Shown one piece after another: positions 24,691 through 27,251 of a stretch of DNA of 27,251 nucleotides. Under the pieces are notes generated by a model that saw only the letters and a program-made list of their open reading frames with translations, did no database searches and was not told where the DNA came from. The DNA is from a virus (taxonomy: Duplodnaviria > Caudoviricetes): positions 1-27,251 of the IMG/VR virus record IMGVR_UViG_3300011102_000450; one strand, given 5' to 3'. The translations under genes and the position numbers were made by a program. How positions within the stretch are numbered: the stretch's first letter is position 1; every line of letters begins with the position of its first letter.

Positions 24691-26283
24691 TCAGCCCCAG
24701 TCGGTGATGATTGACCCGCCAAACACGGAATCGCCCGTGACGATTCCGGCCGTGTCCTCCGCCGTCCACATGGACCCGGCGGCCTCGTTGAAACCATGCT
24801 CGGCCAACGCGAGCGCCCAGAACCTGTCCGCGTGACCGTCGCTGTCGCGGCGCGCGGCGATCGAAACGCGTTTGCCGTCCGCGCTCACCACGCGGCCCGG
24901 CTTGCGAAGGTCGTTGTAAAGGTCGCGGTCGTCGTGGATGGCGATCTGACGGCGCACGAAAACCTCCTGCAGCTCGAGGCCCATTTTTTCGGTGATGGAC
25001 ATCGTGACCGCCTTGCGACCCGTCGCCTTGATGGCTTCCGTGACCGGCACGGTGGTCGAGAAATTAACACCGAGCGCCAGCGAGCCGTATTGACGCTCCA
25101 GCAGGTCCGCCAGGCCGGTGCCGTTGCCCGTGCAGTCCACGACGACGCGGCGCACTTTCGGCCCCACGCCGTCCACCAGCCGGCGCATTTGCTCGAATTG
25201 ATAGAACGTGTCCTTGCCGCGCATAACAAGCTGCGCGACCTGCGTGCGGAACTCGCCCGAACGCTGCAGGACGGTGACGACGGAAAGGTCTTGCTCGCGG
25301 CCGAAGTCCTGGCCGATGGAAAGCTCGCCGTCGAGCCGGTAGAGTCGTTGCAGCGTGGACGCGCTCCAGGCGTCCTCATCCAACGGGAACAGATTCACCC
25401 GCTGCGCGGCGACAATGTCGTCGTGCGCCAGGAGCGCGCCGATGGAATCGCCCGGCTCGTTTTCGTAGTTTTGCCGGTAGGCCCGTTTGTCCACGGCCTC
25501 CGCCTCCGCCTCCTCCGGCGTGATGGCGCGGCCCGTTTTGAGGCTGGTGATGACCACCTCGCCAAGGCGCCACGCGTCGGAGCGGCGCACGGAATTGACC
25601 GGGAAAGAGCCGCTCTCGATGAATTGGTTAAACAGGCTTCCCTTGCCGTTGTGCGTGCTGGCGATGCGGCAGAGAAACTCCGGATTGGCGGAGATGATAG
25701 GTTCCGCCGCTTCCCAGATGGCGTCCGCCTTTTCGTGGAACGCGAATTCGTCCAGGATGAGGTCGCCGGAAAACCCGCGCGCCGTGCGGGGATTGGCGGC
25801 GAGAACGAGGATGCGCCCGAGGCGGTTGCCCACCCGCAGGCGAATCTCGAACTTCATTTCGTCAAACTTGATAGCGTCCAGCGTGTCCGCGTCCGGGAAT
25901 TCCGTCTCCACCAGGCCCGCCGCCTCCATCATTTTCCGGCCAGCCTCCGCGGCCTTGATCGCGAATTCCGCGCCGTTGGCCTTGGAGTTGGAGAGCACCG
26001 TGATCAGCCAGCTGTTGTGTCGTTGCAGCTGTCGCAGCAGGCGCGAAACGCACCAGTTGGCGAGCGTGTAGCTCTTTCCAATCTGCCGGGACCATTCGAG
26101 GATCAGCACCTTGGTGGAGTGATCCTTGAAAACCGGCAGTTGATAGGAGCGGAACGTCACCAGCGGCGACGAAACGGCGGACGGACGCGGTTCGGTGGAT
26201 TTCGCCAGCGCCGGAGACGCCGCGGCGAGCGGAATCGCGCCTGCCATCGCCAGCAGGCGCGCGGCACGGGAGCGATGGACCAT
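24691..26283 (-). CDS. terL: Terminase large subunit (Mu gp28-like)
   Basis: YQ motif, Walker A WSRQIGKS, Walker B DLILDE, nuclease motifs IGQDFGREQD, DCTGNG and GHADRFWALAL; start codon uncertain. Confidence 0.95.
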   Translation of the reverse strand: MVHRSRAARLLAMAGAIPLAAASPALAKSTEPRPSAVSSPLVTFRSYQLPVFKDHSTKVLILEWSRQIGKSYTLANWCVSRLLRQLQRHNSWLITVLSNSKANGAEFAIKAAEAGRKMMEAAGLVETEFPDADTLDAIKFDEMKFEIRLRVGNRLGRILVLAANPRTARGFSGDLILDEFAFHEKADAIWEAAEPIISANPEFLCRIASTHNGKGSLFNQFIESGSFPVNSVRRSDAWRLGEVVITSLKTGRAITPEEAEAEAVDKRAYRQNYENEPGDSIGALLAHDDIVAAQRVNLFPLDEDAWSASTLQRLYRLDGELSIGQDFGREQDLSVVTVLQRSGEFRTQVAQLVMRGKDTFYQFEQMRRLVDGVGPKVRRVVVDCTGNGTGLADLLERQYGSLALGVNFSTTVPVTEAIKATGRKAVTMSITEKMGLELQEVFVRRQIAIHDDRDLYNDLRKPGRVVSADGKRVSIAARRDSDGHADRFWALALAEHGFNEAAGSMWTAEDTAGIVTGDSVFGGSIITDWG

Positions 26284-26284
26284 G

Positions 26285-26842
26285 TCACTCACCGGTGGCC
26301 TCCTTTCCATACAACCGCTCGCGGATGCGCTGAATGCGTTCCGCGTCGGTGAGCGACGTGTCGTTGACGATGCCCGCCAGCAGTTGCGGCTGGGCCTTCA
26401 CGAGATTCAAAAGGATTTCCGAGGTCTTCACCTCGAATTTGTCCTCCTCCAGCTCCACCCGGCGCTCGTCCAGCTCCAGCTTCCGCTCATCGTTGATGAT
26501 GCGCGCCAGAGTCGCTCGCTCGGAGTTGTCATCAGCGCGCAACAGCGCGTCCAAAATCACGCCGCGCACGGCCCTGGACAGGGTGGCGATAAACTTTCCG
26601 GCGGGAATGTCCCGCTCGACTTGCTCGGTCCGCTCCGCCGCTTTGCGCAGCTGCCAGGACAGGCCGTGTCTGTGGAGCATTTGATAGACGGCCGTCTCCG
26701 AGCACTGGAAGCCCGCCGCCTTGATGGCCGCGTGGATCGCGCGGCCGTCCACGCCCTTCGCGGCGTCCGCAAACACCTCGTCCAGCAGATCCGGGTTTTC
26801 GCGGGCCAGGCGGGCGTAGAGGCTGTCGGAACGGGGTTTCAT
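26285..26842 (-). CDS. Mu gp27-like (DUF3486-type) putative small terminase
   Basis: Directly upstream of TerL; N-terminal HTH-like segment, coiled coil, C-terminal IQRIRERLYG. Confidence 0.65.
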   Translation of the reverse strand: MKPRSDSLYARLARENPDLLDEVFADAAKGVDGRAIHAAIKAAGFQCSETAVYQMLHRHGLSWQLRKAAERTEQVERDIPAGKFIATLSRAVRGVILDALLRADDNSERATLARIINDERKLELDERRVELEEDKFEVKTSEILLNLVKAQPQLLAGIVNDTSLTDAERIQRIRERLYGKEATGE

Positions 26843-26848
26843 GCGTGC

Positions 26849-27251
26849 TTAGCTCTTCTTGCTAGAGAGCAGCGCGGAGAGCTTGCTCTTGATAAACTCG
26901 ACCAGGCTTCCGGAGGCGGAGAACGTGTAAAACGTCTGCACCAGCGCCCACGCGGCGAGCCCCAGCACGAACGCGGAGCCGAACCACGCCTGCCACGGGA
27001 GGGCGTTGTAGGTTTCCGCCGTCATCTGCCCGGCGTTGACGAGCCCGGAGAACAGCGCCCACGGGCCGAACACGCCGACGGATATGGTGGAGACAAAAAC
27101 AGCGATGGAGTTTTCGAGCGACTGATCGGCCTTGCGGACCATGATGATCACAATGCCGGCCGCCATCGCCGCGCCGACCAGCGCCCAAAAATCACGCGCC
27201 CCGACGCGCATCGGGTCGTTTTCCTCCGCCACGGCGGCGAGAATCGCCGGG
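26849..27251 (-). CDS. Holin-like membrane protein (5' end may lie outside the window)
   Basis: Three hydrophobic segments and a basic C-terminus; frame stays open to the window edge; sits upstream of the packaging genes. Confidence 0.6.
   Translation of the reverse strand, partial: PAILAAVAEENDPMRVGARDFWALVGAAMAAGIVIIMVRKADQSLENSIAVFVSTISVGVFGPWALFSGLVNAGQMTAETYNALPWQAWFGSAFVLGLAAWALVQTFYTFSASGSLVEFIKSKLSALLSSKKS

Larger units (their letters stand above)
1..27251. mobile_element. Temperate phage, probable phage-plasmid (Mu-like head, siphovirus-like tail, plasmid-type rep/par); partial at both window edges
   Basis: A contiguous virion operon (5539-27251, minus) joins parA/RHH/rep and a repressor with no host genes in between. 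Confidence 0.85.

Noticed and set aside
8603-26352. Many long plus-strand ORFs opposite the late operon (e.g. 12609-13826, 16984-18333, 20397-21719, 24796-26352)
   Set aside because: Expected stop-poor antisense frames in high-GC coding DNA; no recognisable motifs, while the minus-strand genes tile tightly
1-27251. Classical transposable Mu prophage or gene transfer agent
   Set aside because: No MuA/MuB, gin or mom and no host junction after the tail genes; rep/par and a repressor argue against a GTA. Genes outside the window cannot be excluded

Overview
This GC-rich window looks like most of a temperate phage genome that appears to be kept as a plasmid. From 5539 to 27251 the minus strand carries one late operon with a Mu-like head module: holin-like protein, gp27-like small terminase, gp28-like TerL, DUF935 portal, protease/scaffold, cement protein, capsid and gp36. 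A non-contractile tail follows, with no sheath gene, a short tape measure protein, a GH28-like tailspike and LamG/Ig proteins. A transposable Mu-like prophage would end after the tail. Here the sequence runs on into a convergent accessory cluster (candidate ADP-ribosyltransferase, very acidic protein, Zn-finger protein, RHH protein). Beyond that lie a parA + RHH partition pair with 8-bp-periodic repeats, a dif-like 28-bp site, an HTH replication initiator with a candidate antisense RNA, a lipoprotein and an XRE repressor. No transposase, integrase, rRNA, tRNA or CRISPR array is visible. All family calls come from motif recognition by eye; no database search was run. A Verrucomicrobiota-like host is only a guess.
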